33,039 bases of DNA, taken from Trueperaceae bacterium. GTDB taxonomy: Bacteria > Deinococcota > Deinococci > Deinococcales > Trueperaceae. The DNA lies in contig DASSXV010000077.1 of NCBI GenBank assembly GCA_035703635.1, positions 1 through 33,039 on the forward strand. Reading direction: 5' to 3'. Positions 1 through 10,119 of the stretch are shown here, in pieces. The notes under the pieces are model-generated. The model saw only the letters and a list, made by a program, of their open reading frames with translations, had not been told where the DNA came from and did not search any database. The position numbers and the translations under genes are program-made. Each line of letters begins with the position of its first letter. Within the stretch, counting starts at the first letter, position 1.

Positions 1-1942
1 ACTGCAGGCTCTTCTCGTAATAGTCGGTGGCTGCGGCGCCATGGTCTTGGTCCAACGCGACGTTGCCAAGGCTAAGGTACGTGTTCGAAACCGCCTCGAC
101 GTCGCCTTGTTCCTTGGCGAGCTCCAGGCTCTCCTTCAACAGCTTGCCAGCGCGCGTGTAGTCTGCGTGGTTCTGCGCCAACACTCCGAGCATGCGCAGC
201 GCCGCCGTTGCCACTTTGGGCGCCTGCGCCGTGCGCGCCAGTGTCAAGGCTTGCCCGAGGAGGCTCTCTGCCTCAGCCAGGTCACCCTGGCGCCACGCGA
301 GAACCCCCCTTCCGAACGCGGCGGAAGCGCGCAGTTCTGGCGCCACGGCACCAGGCATCGCCGCCGCTTGATCGAGATGCCTGCGGCCTTCATCTAAAGC
401 CCCCATGCGCTGCCAGTACGGTCTTAACGCCACGGCCATGCCAAGCGCGCCTTCTGCATCGCCCTCGGCGACGAACCACGCCGACGCGGTGCGGAGGTTG
501 CCCTCCTCGTAACGCAGGCGCTCGAGCCACTCCTGTTGCCGAGGTCCCTGCAACGCCTCTGGTACGCCAGTCGCCCACTGGAGGTAGTAATGCGCATGAC
601 GCGCCTTCAGCACCGCCAACTGTGGGTCCTTGGCCAGCTCTTCTAGCGCGAACTCCCTGAGGGTCTCGAGCATTCCGAGGCGGCCGGCTTCCAGGTCGAA
701 GCGCGTGAGCAGGCTGGCGTCGATCAGGCTGCTTAGTCCGTCCATCACGGTGGGCTCGAGCCCGAAGATCGCCTCGATGGCCTCCAGGTAGACGCTCCCG
801 TCGAACAGCGCTAGCCGCGCGAAGAGCGTGCGCTGGGTGGGGCTGAGGAGGTCGTGTGACCAGGCGATGGTGGCGCGCAGCGTCTGCTGCCGAGCCGGGG
901 CATCGCGCGGGCCACCCGTGAGGAGCGGTAGGCGCTGCGTCGCTCGCTCCACTAGCGCGGCGAGGGTCATGCTGCCAAGGCGCGCCGCTGCAAGCTCAAG
1001 CGCTAGGGGCAACCCATCTAAGCGACGGCAGAGGTTCACGACGGAGCCAACGGATTCGTCATCGAGGGTGAAGTCGGGGCGCAGGGCCCTCACGCGCTCG
1101 ACGAAGAGCCGCACACCCGCGAAGTCCATGGCGCCCTCGGCGGTCACGGGCTCCTCGCCCTCTGGCAAGGCCATGGGCGGCACTGGGAACGACAGTTCAC
1201 CGCCGAGGTGCAGTAGCGTGCGGGAAGTCACGAGGACCTTGAGGCCGTTCGCCGTTGCCAGCAACTGACTGACCTGCCCCATGGAGCCAAGCAGCCCCTC
1301 CACGTTATCGAGCACCAGGAGGAGCTCGCGTCGCTGGAGCACTTTCGTGAGCCGGTCGAGCGGGCTGGTGGTAGCGGACTCCGTCAACCCAACGGCATAA
1401 GCGATCTCGCCAAGCACGAGTTCCGGGTCGTGCACGGCGTCCAGTGGCACGAACGCGACGCCATCCGTGAAGTCCGGCCGTAATGCCCGTGCCGCTTCGA
1501 GCGCTAGGCGGCTCTTGCCGATTCCGCCCGGCCCGTGAAGAGTCACGAGCCGCGTCTCAGGTAGCCGTAACAACGCCGTTAGCTGCGCTAGGGTCGCCTG
1601 GCGCCCGACGAACGAGGTGAGCGGCTGCGGAAGCGCAGTGAGCGGCAACGGTGGGATCGGCTCGATGACACCGCTGCTTGGCGGACCGATGTAGGCGTCG
1701 AGCGACGCCGCCGGGGGAGGGTCCTCGGTCGCGCTGCTTGGCAGTTCAGGGTGGGGTGCGTATTCCGGAGTCGCAGCGGCCGGCGGGCGCGGGTTGCTGG
1801 AGCGCTCGCTCGCGGCCGCGACTTGCAGCCGTGTGCCACGGCGCTCACGCCGCTCGTGCATGTAGCGGGCGATGTTCGTTAGGTTGGTCAAGATCGTGAC
1901 TACTACGCCTAGCGCAGTAATCACGGCGAGAATCGTGGCCAT
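1..1942 (-). CDS. STAND-class NTPase (COG3903-like predicted ATPase) with C-terminal TPR-like repeats and an N-terminal hydrophobic helix; 3' end lies outside the window
   Basis: Hand translation from ATG 1942 (GGAGGG upstream): MATILAVITALGVVVTILTNLTNIARYMHERRERR, Pro-rich linker, LPQPLTSFVGR, Walker A GPGGIGKS, Walker B LLVLDN, LDGLPLALELAAAR, then TPR-like helices (GVLAWRQGDLAEAESLL, LGVLAQNHADYTRA, LGNVALDQDHGAAATDYYEKSL). The frame stays open to base 1, which explains its absence from the ORF track. Confidence 0.9.
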   Translation of the reverse strand, partial: MATILAVITALGVVVTILTNLTNIARYMHERRERRGTRLQVAAASERSSNPRPPAAATPEYAPHPELPSSATEDPPPAASLDAYIGPPSSGVIEPIPPLPLTALPQPLTSFVGRQATLAQLTALLRLPETRLVTLHGPGGIGKSRLALEAARALRPDFTDGVAFVPLDAVHDPELVLGEIAYAVGLTESATTSPLDRLTKVLQRRELLLVLDNVEGLLGSMGQVSQLLATANGLKVLVTSRTLLHLGGELSFPVPPMALPEGEEPVTAEGAMDFAGVRLFVERVRALRPDFTLDDESVGSVVNLCRRLDGLPLALELAAARLGSMTLAALVERATQRLPLLTGGPRDAPARQQTLRATIAWSHDLLSPTQRTLFARLALFDGSVYLEAIEAIFGLEPTVMDGLSSLIDASLLTRFDLEAGRLGMLETLREFALEELAKDPQLAVLKARHAHYYLQWATGVPEALQGPRQQEWLERLRYEEGNLRTASAWFVAEGDAEGALGMAVALRPYWQRMGALDEGRRHLDQAAAMPGAVAPELRASAAFGRGVLAWRQGDLAEAESLLGQALTLARTAQAPKVATAALRMLGVLAQNHADYTRAGKLLKESLELAKEQGDVEAVSNTYLSLGNVALDQDHGAAATDYYEKSLQ

Positions 1943-2088
1943 CCGCCCTCCGTGACCCAGTTGAAGGAAGTTGGACGTGGCGTGGGGTCGGGAACATTCT
2001 AGAGGTGAGAACCGGTTGGTGTCTGCTACGTCACCCGTGGTCGTAGTAGCCGAGAAGAGGTGCGCGGCGTGCGCTCTCCAGCTGGCGG

Positions 2089-2856
2089 CTAGAGCCCCAG
2101 GTACGCCCGGCGGATGAGGGGGTCGCCGCGCAGCTTCTCGGAGGGCCCCTCCAGCACGAGGTGGCCGTTCTCGAGCACGTAAGCGCGGTCGCTGATCTTG
2201 AGCACTTGGGTGACGTTCTGCTCGACGAGCAAGATGGGCAGGCCCGTCTCAGACACGCCCCTGATGACCTGCATGACCTCGCGCACGAGGAGGGGCGCCA
2301 GGCCGAGGCTCGGCTCGTCCATGATCAACACCTTCGGGTGCAGCATGAGCGCGCGCCCGATCGCCACCATCTGTTGCTGGCCGCCGGAAAGCGCGCCAGC
2401 CGCTATGCGGCGCTTGTTCTGCAGGTCGGGGAAGAGGCTGTAGACGCGCTCGAAGCCCTCGGCGCGCCGCGCCCTCGCTGGCGGCAAATAGGCGCCGAGG
2501 GAGAGGTTCTCCTCCACCGTCATGTCAGGGAACAGCTGCCGGCCCATCGGCACGTGCGCCAGCCCGCGCAGGGCCAGATGGTGGGGTTTGAGGCCGGTGA
2601 CGTCCTCGCCGTCGAGCAGGATCTTGCCGCCGCGCGGCTGGATCATGCCGGAGACGGCGCGCAGGATAGTCGACTTGCCGCTGCCGTTCCCGCCAACCAA
2701 CCCGACGAGCTCGTGGGCGTTCACGTGCAGCGAGACGCCGAACACCACTTGAAGGTCGCCGTAGCCGAGGTTGGCCTCGACGACGTCGAGGACACGGCGC
2801 GGCGCGGCCGGCCTTGCGCCAGCTACGCCGGTGACACTGCGGGCGTCGTCACTCAT
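2089..2856 (-). CDS. livF: Branched-chain amino acid-type ABC transporter ATPase (LivF-like)
   Basis: GGNGSGKST, LSGGQQQM, LIMDEPSLGLAP, IRRAYLG. ATG 2856 overlaps the upstream gene's stop. Confidence 0.92.
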   Translation of the reverse strand: MSDDARSVTGVAGARPAAPRRVLDVVEANLGYGDLQVVFGVSLHVNAHELVGLVGGNGSGKSTILRAVSGMIQPRGGKILLDGEDVTGLKPHHLALRGLAHVPMGRQLFPDMTVEENLSLGAYLPPARARRAEGFERVYSLFPDLQNKRRIAAGALSGGQQQMVAIGRALMLHPKVLIMDEPSLGLAPLLVREVMQVIRGVSETGLPILLVEQNVTQVLKISDRAYVLENGHLVLEGPSEKLRGDPLIRRAYLGL

Positions 2857-3571
2857 CCGCGCCTCCAAGGTACGCCTCGATGACGCGCTCGTCGTTCATG
2901 ACCTGCCCCGGTGTTCCTTGCGCGATCTTCTCTCCGAAAGCGAGCACGATGACGTCCTCGCAGAGCTCGGTGACGGCCTGCATGATGTGCTCGACCATCA
3001 CGATCGCGATGCCGGACTCCGCCAACGAGCGCACGAAGCCGATCATCTCCTTGAGGGCGGGTGGATTGAGGCCAGCCATCAGCTCGTCGAGGAACAAGAC
3101 CCGAGGTTTGACGGCCAAGGCCTTGGCTAGCTCCAGGCGTCTGCGCCGCGCTAGGTTGAGGTCAGAAGATAGCTGCATCGCCCTGTCCGCCAAGCCGACG
3201 AGCTCGAGCGCGTGAGTAGCGGCCTGCTCGGCCGCCGCGCGGTTATTGGCTTTCAGGAACGCGGGGATGAGGACGTTCTCGAGAACAGTTAGGCCCTCGA
3301 ACGGGCGTTCGATCTGGAACGTGCGGCCCATGCCGAGGCGCGTGCGCGCGTACGGCTGCAGCCGACCCACCTCCGTGCCGAAGAAGGCGACCTTGCCGCG
3401 CCGAGTCTTGGCGTAGCCGGTCAAGGCGTTGAAGAGCGTCGACTTGCCTGCCCCGTTCGGGCCGATGAGGCCGACTATCTGACCAGCGTCAAGCGTCAGC
3501 GATACGTCGTTCACCGCGATCAGGCCGCCGAACTGCACGGTGATGTTCTCAGCCACCAGCGCTCTTGGCAT
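2849..3571 (-). CDS. livG: ABC transporter ATPase (LivG-like)
   Basis: FGGLIAV, GPNGAGKST, RTFQ, LFLDE, VEHIM, VIEAYLG. Confidence 0.92.
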   Translation of the reverse strand: MPRALVAENITVQFGGLIAVNDVSLTLDAGQIVGLIGPNGAGKSTLFNALTGYAKTRRGKVAFFGTEVGRLQPYARTRLGMGRTFQIERPFEGLTVLENVLIPAFLKANNRAAAEQAATHALELVGLADRAMQLSSDLNLARRRRLELAKALAVKPRVLFLDELMAGLNPPALKEMIGFVRSLAESGIAIVMVEHIMQAVTELCEDVIVLAFGEKIAQGTPGQVMNDERVIEAYLGGADE

Positions 3572-4523
3572 AGCGCCTCCTAACCGCGCGTGCGCGCAGC
3601 GCGCCCATGAGGCCGCGTGGCACGAACAGGACGACGACGACGATCAGGAGCCCGTAGATGAGGAGGTTGGCCTCTGCGAAAGTGTTGCGGAAGAGTTCCG
3701 CAGCGAGGGTGAGAAGCGCGGCGCCGATGAGCGGTCCGAAGAGGGTGCCGCGACCGCCGATGATGGCGACCAACGCGATGCGCACGCTCAAGTGCAACTC
3801 GAACATGGGTTGCGGCTGCAGGGCCGAGAGGAAGATGCCGTAGATGCAGCCGCCTATCGCGGTGAGGGCGCCTGACAACATGAACGCCCACGACTTGACC
3901 GCCACCGGGTTGATGCCCGCGGCTTGGGCAGACGACTCGTCCTCGCGAACGGCGCGCATCTGATAGCCGAGCTTGCCGCGCGTGACCAACGCGACTACCA
4001 CCAGGACAAGCACCAGGTAGCCAAGCGCGAGCCAGAACTCCGTGTGCCTGCTGAACAGATCGAACCCGAAAGGCTCCTTGAGGTCGAAGATGAACAGTCC
4101 GATGGCGCCGCCCGTGAGCTTGCGCTCGTTGATGGCCACCAGCCGCAGGATCTCGGCGACGGCGATGGTGGAGAGCACGAAGTACGAGCCGCGCAACCCG
4201 AAGGTAAGGCGGCCCCACAGGAACGCCAGCACGGTCGCGAAGGCGGCGGCGAGGAGGAAGCTCCACCACGGTGCCAGGTCGAACTTGGTTGCGGTGACGC
4301 CGACGGTGTAGGCCCCCAGCCCGATGAAGGCGGCGTGACCGAGGCTCGTTTGCCCCGTCCAGCCACCAAGGAGGTCCCAGGCGCTCGCCCAACCGGCCAG
4401 CAGCAGCAGCGAGATGCCGAGTGACAGGTAGCTTGGGAAGGCGAAGTACCAGGTCGCGCCCACCGCGGCGACCCCGGCGATTCCCAGCCAGGTCCACGGC
4501 AAGCTGGCGCGCTTGAGCGTCAT
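3549..4523 (-). CDS. livM: ABC transporter permease (LivM-like)
   Basis: WDLLGGWTGQTSLGHAAFIGLGAY, LRGSYFVLSTIA, AVREDESSAQAAGIN, IIGGRGTLFGP. Start set at ATG 4523 (ATGA overlap with the livH stop) instead of the ORF-track 4790. Confidence 0.9.
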   Translation of the reverse strand: MTLKRASLPWTWLGIAGVAAVGATWYFAFPSYLSLGISLLLLAGWASAWDLLGGWTGQTSLGHAAFIGLGAYTVGVTATKFDLAPWWSFLLAAAFATVLAFLWGRLTFGLRGSYFVLSTIAVAEILRLVAINERKLTGGAIGLFIFDLKEPFGFDLFSRHTEFWLALGYLVLVLVVVALVTRGKLGYQMRAVREDESSAQAAGINPVAVKSWAFMLSGALTAIGGCIYGIFLSALQPQPMFELHLSVRIALVAIIGGRGTLFGPLIGAALLTLAAELFRNTFAEANLLIYGLLIVVVVLFVPRGLMGALRARAVRRRYAKSAGG

Positions 4524-5401
4524 ACGCGCTTGACGGAGCGCCCGAAGAGGCCCTCCGGCCGCACGAGGAGAACGATGAGGAACGCGAACAGCCCGTAGGC
4601 GTCGCGGTAACCAGACGAGAGGTAAGACGCGCCCATGAACTCGACGACGCCGAGCAGGAGGCCGCCGCCGATGGCGCCAGGCACGCTGCCGAGGCCGCCG
4701 AGGACCGTGACCACGAACGCCTTGAGGGTGTAGCTCGAGCCAACGGTGGGAACGGCGAAGAGGAGTGGCGCGAGGATGACACCCGCGCACATGGCGAGCG
4801 CCATCCCAAGCCCGAAGACGAGCGCGTGAATGCGTGGCGTATTGATGCCGACGAGCTCCGCGCCGAGGCGGTTCTGCGCCGTGGCACGCACCGCGCGGCC
4901 GAACTCCGTGCGCGTCAGCAGCAGCCAGAGGGCGAGGATGACGACGAGCGTGATGGCGCCGGCAGTCAGCTGGGCGACGGGTAGGCGCACGCCGCCGAGC
5001 GTGACGGTTTGCGTGGCGTACGGCACGTAGATGGACTTCGGTTCGGCGCCGAAGACCAGGAACAGGACGTTGGAGATGACTAGGGCAAGGCCGAGAGTGG
5101 CGAGCAGGGTGCTGTCGCTGGATGCGTCGATCAGGCGCGCGAGCACCACGCGCTGCAGCAGCGCGCCGAGCAGGAACCCGATGGGGGCGGCTATGAGGAG
5201 CGAGACGTACGGGTCGAGGCCGAAGAGTTGGAAGCAGACGATGGCCGTATACATGCCAACCGCCACGAACTCGCCGTGCGCGAAGTTGATGATGCGCATG
5301 ACCCCGAAAATCAGCGACAAGCCGACGCCGATGAGAGCGTAGATGCCGCCGATCAGTAGGCCGCCACTTAGGTTCTGTAGGAACGGAGCCAAGCCCTCCA
5401 T
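4520..5401 (-). CDS. livH: ABC transporter permease (LivH-like)
   Basis: GGIYALIGVGLSLIFGVMRIINFAHGEF, FGRAVRATAQN, LGGLGSVPGA, RPEGLFG. TTG 5407 is an alternative start. Confidence 0.92.
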   Translation of the reverse strand: MEGLAPFLQNLSGGLLIGGIYALIGVGLSLIFGVMRIINFAHGEFVAVGMYTAIVCFQLFGLDPYVSLLIAAPIGFLLGALLQRVVLARLIDASSDSTLLATLGLALVISNVLFLVFGAEPKSIYVPYATQTVTLGGVRLPVAQLTAGAITLVVILALWLLLTRTEFGRAVRATAQNRLGAELVGINTPRIHALVFGLGMALAMCAGVILAPLLFAVPTVGSSYTLKAFVVTVLGGLGSVPGAIGGGLLLGVVEFMGASYLSSGYRDAYGLFAFLIVLLVRPEGLFGRSVKRV

Positions 5402-5448
5402 GGTCAATGGCTCCGTCCCGAAGATGCTGTCAGCAAGTTATGCCGCGG

Positions 5449-6648
5449 TCAGCGAGCGTTCCAAGACGGCGTTTCGAGGAGATCGCCGACGACCGCGCCG
5501 TTCACGTAGACCGTCACGAACTCGCCGTTGACGACCTGCTCGGCTACTGCCGGCAGCGGGGCCTGGTTCTTGTAGCCCTGGTAGTCCTCGAAGCGGATGG
5601 GGCCGTAGACGGTGTTCGGCATGTCGGTCGCGAGGAGCGCCGCGCGCACGTCTTCTGGTGAGAACGACGCTGCGCGCTTGAGGGCATCGACCGCCACGAT
5701 GACGCCTGCGTACGCCTGGGCGGCGTGGTACGAGGGCGTGCGGCCGAGGATCTCGGTGAGACGCGCGTTCAGCTCTTGAGCGCCGGGGTAAGGCACGTCC
5801 TTCGTCCACATGGTGGCCGTGAAGACGTACTCAGCCGCTGGGCCGGCGCCTTCGATGAAGCCTGGGAGAGCGAAGCCGGCGGCGCCGCCAGCGAACACCT
5901 TGGCGTCGAGCCCGACTTCCTGCACTTGGCGCATGAGGGCGACGGAGTCTGCCGCGTAGGACACCATGAAGAGGACGTCTGGGTTGAGGGCCTTGAAGCG
6001 GTTGAGGATCGGGCGGAAGTCCGCGCCAGTCTGGTCGTAGTCTTGGCGCTGCACGACCGTGTAGCCACGCTCGGCGGCGATCTCGTCGACGGCGTCAGCC
6101 ACGGCGCTCTCGAACGCGCCGTTGCCGTGCACCGTTACGACGGTCTTGAGGGTGCCTGCGCCGCGCTGCGCGTTGATCTGGTCGAACACGTCGAAGAGGA
6201 CCTGAGCGTACGCGTACGACGGCTGGTTGGTGCGGAACACCCAGTCGGAGCCTGGGCGCGTGATGGCATCGTCAGACGAGGTGAAGACGAGGAACGGGCG
6301 CTTTTGGCGCGTGAAGTACTGGGTGATCGGGTTGGTGATGGATGAGGAGTAGGCGCCCATCACGAGGGGCAGGCCCTGGTTGACGAGCTTCTCGGAGGCC
6401 GCGAGGGCGGCGTTGACTTCCGAGGTGTCGTCCTCGAACACGACCTCCACGGTGCGGCCGTTCACGCCTCCGGCGGCGTTGACGTCTTCCAACGCGGCCT
6501 TGATGCCGGCCTGGTGCTGCTCACCGAACTCGGCGAAGCGACCAGTGATACTCGTAATCACGCCTATTTTCACGGGGTCTTGGGCCAGCGCCACGCCGGC
6601 GACCAAGGTCAAGACTAGGAACAAAGACGCGATCAGAACTCGCTTCAT
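5449..6648 (-). CDS. ABC transporter substrate-binding protein, LivK/LivJ family
   Basis: Signal peptide ending ALA-Q, VKIGVITSITG, VNAAGGVNGR, GAYSSS, YGPIRF; AGGAGG upstream. The ligand cannot be determined from sequence. Confidence 0.9.
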   Translation of the reverse strand: MKRVLIASLFLVLTLVAGVALAQDPVKIGVITSITGRFAEFGEQHQAGIKAALEDVNAAGGVNGRTVEVVFEDDTSEVNAALAASEKLVNQGLPLVMGAYSSSITNPITQYFTRQKRPFLVFTSSDDAITRPGSDWVFRTNQPSYAYAQVLFDVFDQINAQRGAGTLKTVVTVHGNGAFESAVADAVDEIAAERGYTVVQRQDYDQTGADFRPILNRFKALNPDVLFMVSYAADSVALMRQVQEVGLDAKVFAGGAAGFALPGFIEGAGPAAEYVFTATMWTKDVPYPGAQELNARLTEILGRTPSYHAAQAYAGVIVAVDALKRAASFSPEDVRAALLATDMPNTVYGPIRFEDYQGYKNQAPLPAVAEQVVNGEFVTVYVNGAVVGDLLETPSWNAR

Positions 6649-6745
6649 TCGGTTACCCTCCTAGGGTTGGCTAGTTGCGTTCCCCCGTAACTTAGCAAAC
6701 CGGGCGCGCGGTCAAATGCCCAGCGCGAACGGTGCGGGGTACACA

Positions 6746-7543
6746 TCACGCTTGCGCTTCGACTGCCTCGAGCTGTAGGAGCAGGGCGAGGTCTGGCAAG
6801 CCCATGACGCTCACGGTGGGAGTCGGGGGTTGCGGGTGGGCGCTGAAGGTGTCGCCGCCGACGTGCACCGTGCGGAGCCCAGCGGCGTTGCCGCCTGCGA
6901 TGTCGGAGTCGAGGTTGTCTCCCACCATGATCGTCGTGGCGGGCTCCATCCCCAGCCGTTCCATCGCCGCCACGAAGAAGCGCGCCGCTGGCTTGCCTAC
7001 GCACTCAGCCGCCACGCCGGAGGCGGTGGTCAGTGCGGCCGCGATGGCGCCGTTGCCAGGCACGACGCGACCAGCGGCGACAGGCACGCGGGCGTCCAAG
7101 TTGAGGGCTAGGAGCTTGCCTCCGCGGTGGAGCACGTGAACCGCCTCTGCGAGGCGCTCGTACGTGAGCTGCGCGTCGCGGCTGAGGACGACGAGCGTCG
7201 CCTCGTTCGGGTCGCTAGTTTCGTGCGTCAGGCGCGCAACGGCGGCGGCCACCTGACGGGTGCCGAGCACGTAAGTCGGCGGGTGCTCGCGCATGAGCGG
7301 GTGCTCCGCTAGCGCGTCGAGTGGCGCGAACACGTCAAGGGGCTCGGCTGGGATCCCGAGGCGCGTGAGCTTCGTCGCCACCGCAGCGCCCGCGCCGCTC
7401 GAGATGTTGGTGAGGAACCCTAGGCGCAGTCCGGCCGCGCGTGCGTTGCGTACGAAGGCCGCGGCGCCTGGAGCTAACTCGTTGCCGTACCAGACGCAAC
7501 CGTCTAAGTCGAGTAGGAGGGAACGAACACCGGAAAGGCTCAC
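6746..7543 (-). CDS. HAD-superfamily subfamily IIA (NagD/AraL-like) phosphatase
   Basis: Motif I DLDGCVW, motif II LTN, motif III VGKP, motif IV VGDNLDSDIAGG. GTG 7543 overlaps the phnE TGA (GTGA coupling). Confidence 0.9.
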   Translation of the reverse strand: MSLSGVRSLLLDLDGCVWYGNELAPGAAAFVRNARAAGLRLGFLTNISSGAGAAVATKLTRLGIPAEPLDVFAPLDALAEHPLMREHPPTYVLGTRQVAAAVARLTHETSDPNEATLVVLSRDAQLTYERLAEAVHVLHRGGKLLALNLDARVPVAAGRVVPGNGAIAAALTTASGVAAECVGKPAARFFVAAMERLGMEPATTIMVGDNLDSDIAGGNAAGLRTVHVGGDTFSAHPQPPTPTVSVMGLPDLALLLQLEAVEAQA

Positions 7544-8352
7544 CGGATGGCCGCCCTCACCTTGGCTGATACCCACTCACTGAACACGACGAGCACGAGG
7601 ATCAGCGCGAAAATGACGGTCGCTTGCGACCATTGCAGCGCCGCGATGCTCGCATCGAGCGGCAAGCCGATGCCGCCGGCGCCGACGAGGCCGACGACCG
7701 TTGACTCGCGGATGTTGATGTCCCACCGGTAGACCGTGATGCCAGCGAACGCCGGAGCGACCTGCGGGATGATCCCGTAGGTAACGACCTGACCGCCGCT
7801 TGCGCCGGTGGCGTCAAGCGCCTCGATGGGCTTGAAGTCGATCTCTTCTATGGCCTCGGAGAGGAGCTTGGCGCAGAAGCCGATGGAGCGCAGCCCAACG
7901 GCGATGATGCCTGCCAGCACTCCCGGGCCGATGACGCTAACGAGCAACAGCGCCCAGATGAGGGCGTTCACGGACCGCGACGACACCATGATGAGCAGCG
8001 CTAGTTGCCTGAAGATCGGGTGCGGGGTGGTGTTCCTGGCGGCGAGGAACGCTACGGGGATGGCGACGACGAGGGCGATGATGGTACCGATGGTCGCGAT
8101 GTTGATGGTGTCCCATAGCGGTCTCCACAGCTTTGCGAGGTAGCTCCACTTGGGCGGGAACATGCGCGATATCAGGTCGCCGGCCTGCTGCGGGGCGTCC
8201 CACACGAAGAACCAGAGCGTCTGGCCAGAGATGAACCGCAACGCCACGGCCAGGGCGATGGCGCCGAGCAGGTAACCGAGATACGTGATGAGCGTTTGGC
8301 GCGGGGTGCGCTTGCGCCAGATGCGGCTCTCGCCCCTGATGGTCGTCGGCAC
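7540..8352 (-). CDS. phnE: Phosphonate/phosphate-ester ABC permease
   Basis: AFLAARN, SRSVNALIWALL, AKLLSEAIEEID, YRWDINIRESTVVGLVGAGGIG. Confidence 0.9.
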   Translation of the reverse strand: MPTTIRGESRIWRKRTPRQTLITYLGYLLGAIALAVALRFISGQTLWFFVWDAPQQAGDLISRMFPPKWSYLAKLWRPLWDTINIATIGTIIALVVAIPVAFLAARNTTPHPIFRQLALLIMVSSRSVNALIWALLLVSVIGPGVLAGIIAVGLRSIGFCAKLLSEAIEEIDFKPIEALDATGASGGQVVTYGIIPQVAPAFAGITVYRWDINIRESTVVGLVGAGGIGLPLDASIAALQWSQATVIFALILVLVVFSEWVSAKVRAAIR

Positions 8353-8353
8353 C

Positions 8354-9220
8354 CTACTGCACCCGCTTCCGGATGACGCCGCTCGCGTACTCGCTTAGCA
8401 GCACGATAGCGATGACGACGATCAGGATGGCGGCCGTCGTGGAGTACTCGTAACGCGAGATGCTCGTGTTGAGGGCCCCGCCGATGCCTCCCGCACCGAC
8501 GATGCCGATGACGGACGACTCGCGGAAGTTGATGTCGAGACGGTAGACGCTCAAGCCGATGAAGCGCGGGTAGATCTGCGGCACCACCGCGTAGCTCATC
8601 TGCTTGAGCCAACTCGCGCCCGTCGCGCGCAGCGCCTCGAGGGGCCGCGGGTCTATGTCCTCGATGTCCTCCGCTAGAAGCTTGCCGAGGAAGCCGATGG
8701 TCGCGAAAGCCAGGGTGAGGGCGCCTGCCAGCGGCCCGAAGCCAACCATGACGACGAAGAAGATCGCGATCACGATCTCTTGGAACGACCGCGCCACCGC
8801 TATGAAGGCGCGGCAGAAGAGGTAGACGGGTAGCGGCGCTATGTTGCGCGCCGCGCCGAAAGCGAAGGGCACGGACAACAAGATGCCAAGGGCGGTGGCG
8901 ACCACCGTCATGGCGAGGCTCTCGAGGATGCCCGTCTGGATGAACGCCCAGCGCGACGTGAAGTCCGGTGCCGCGAAACCGCGGAAGAGCACGCGTGCGC
9001 GTTCCAGGCCGAGGGCTACGCGCTGCCAGTTGACGTCGATGCTGGCGCTGGCGGCGACCAGGTAGGCGAGCGCCGCGACGGGGATGGCGTAGCGCAAGAG
9101 CGGGTTGGCGACGACCGGTCGTGGCCGCCACGGCTGCCCGCGCAGCGCGGCCGCGCTAGGCGGCAACGGTTGGTTAGCGGCCGAGCTGCCAGCCGACCCG
9201 CTAGCCGCCAGGCCCCTCAC
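8354..9220 (-). CDS. phnE: Phosphonate/phosphate-ester ABC permease
   Basis: [42 protein letters not shown]. Confidence 0.9.
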   Translation of the reverse strand: MRGLAASGSAGSSAANQPLPPSAAALRGQPWRPRPVVANPLLRYAIPVAALAYLVAASASIDVNWQRVALGLERARVLFRGFAAPDFTSRWAFIQTGILESLAMTVVATALGILLSVPFAFGAARNIAPLPVYLFCRAFIAVARSFQEIVIAIFFVVMVGFGPLAGALTLAFATIGFLGKLLAEDIEDIDPRPLEALRATGASWLKQMSYAVVPQIYPRFIGLSVYRLDINFRESSVIGIVGAGGIGGALNTSISRYEYSTTAAILIVVIAIVLLSEYASGVIRKRVQ

Positions 9221-10119
9221 GCTGGTTCCATCCCGTTGCGGTCGGCGGCCTCGGCGGCGGCGTGGCCGGGCGCCAGCGCGTGGGCGGCGCTCGAGGGCGT
9301 GGCCTCGTGGATGGGGGCGTCGCCCTCAGCCGCGTCCGCTTGGGGCGCGGCGGTCCAGTCCTCCTCGCCGTAGATGTCGGTCAGGCGAGCGTCGTCAAGC
9401 TGGCTCGGGGGGCCGTCGAACACGACGACGCCTCCTCGCAGGCCGACGATGCGCGGCACGAACAGCTTGGCGAGGGCAACGTCGTGGATGTTGATGACGG
9501 CCGAGAGCTCATGCTCGGCGGCTAGCTCCATCAGGAGGCGCATGACTTGGCGCGACGTCTTCGGGTCGAGGCTGGCGGTCGGTTCGTCGACGAGCAAGAT
9601 GCTCGGGTCCTGCAACAGTGCGCGGGCTATCCCGACGCGCTGGCGTTGCCCGCCGGAGAGCTGGTCAGCGCGCTTGTCGAGTTGCTCGAGGATGCCGACG
9701 CGTTCGAGGAGCTCGTACGCGTGGTCGACTGTGGCCTGCGGGAAGCGCCTGAACCAGGAGCGCCAGAAGCCGACGTAGCCGAGTTGGCCGGAGAGGACGT
9801 TCTCCATGACGGTCAGGCGGTCGACGAGGGCATGCTCTTGGAAGATCATCCCGATGCCGCGGCGCGCCCTCCTGAGCGCGCCGCGACCGAGGGCGGTAAC
9901 CTCCACGCCGTTCACCTTCACGCTGCCAGACGTCGGTTCGACGAGGCGGTTGATGCAGCGGATGAGGGTGCTCTTGCCCGCGCCAGATGGCCCGATGAGA
10001 GCAAGCACCTCGCCGCGGCGGAGCGTGAGGTTCACGCCGTTCACGGCTGTTTCGCCGCGGCCGTACCGCTTCACCAGCTCGCTGATCTCGAGCGGGTGGT
10101 TGGTGGACCTATCGCTCAC
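9217..10119 (-). CDS. phnC: Phosphonate/phosphate-ester ABC ATPase
   Basis: [66 protein letters not shown], plus an Ala-rich tail. Confidence 0.92.
   Translation of the reverse strand: MSDRSTNHPLEISELVKRYGRGETAVNGVNLTLRRGEVLALIGPSGAGKSTLIRCINRLVEPTSGSVKVNGVEVTALGRGALRRARRGIGMIFQEHALVDRLTVMENVLSGQLGYVGFWRSWFRRFPQATVDHAYELLERVGILEQLDKRADQLSGGQRQRVGIARALLQDPSILLVDEPTASLDPKTSRQVMRLLMELAAEHELSAVINIHDVALAKLFVPRIVGLRGGVVVFDGPPSQLDDARLTDIYGEEDWTAAPQADAAEGDAPIHEATPSSAAHALAPGHAAAEAADRNGMEPA

Noticed and set aside
41..1899. Several 60-150 aa ORFs in the ORF track at the left end
   Set aside because: They are antisense or out-of-frame shadows of the long minus-strand STAND-TPR frame. The same applies to most short Arg/Pro/Ala-rich ORFs across this high-GC window.
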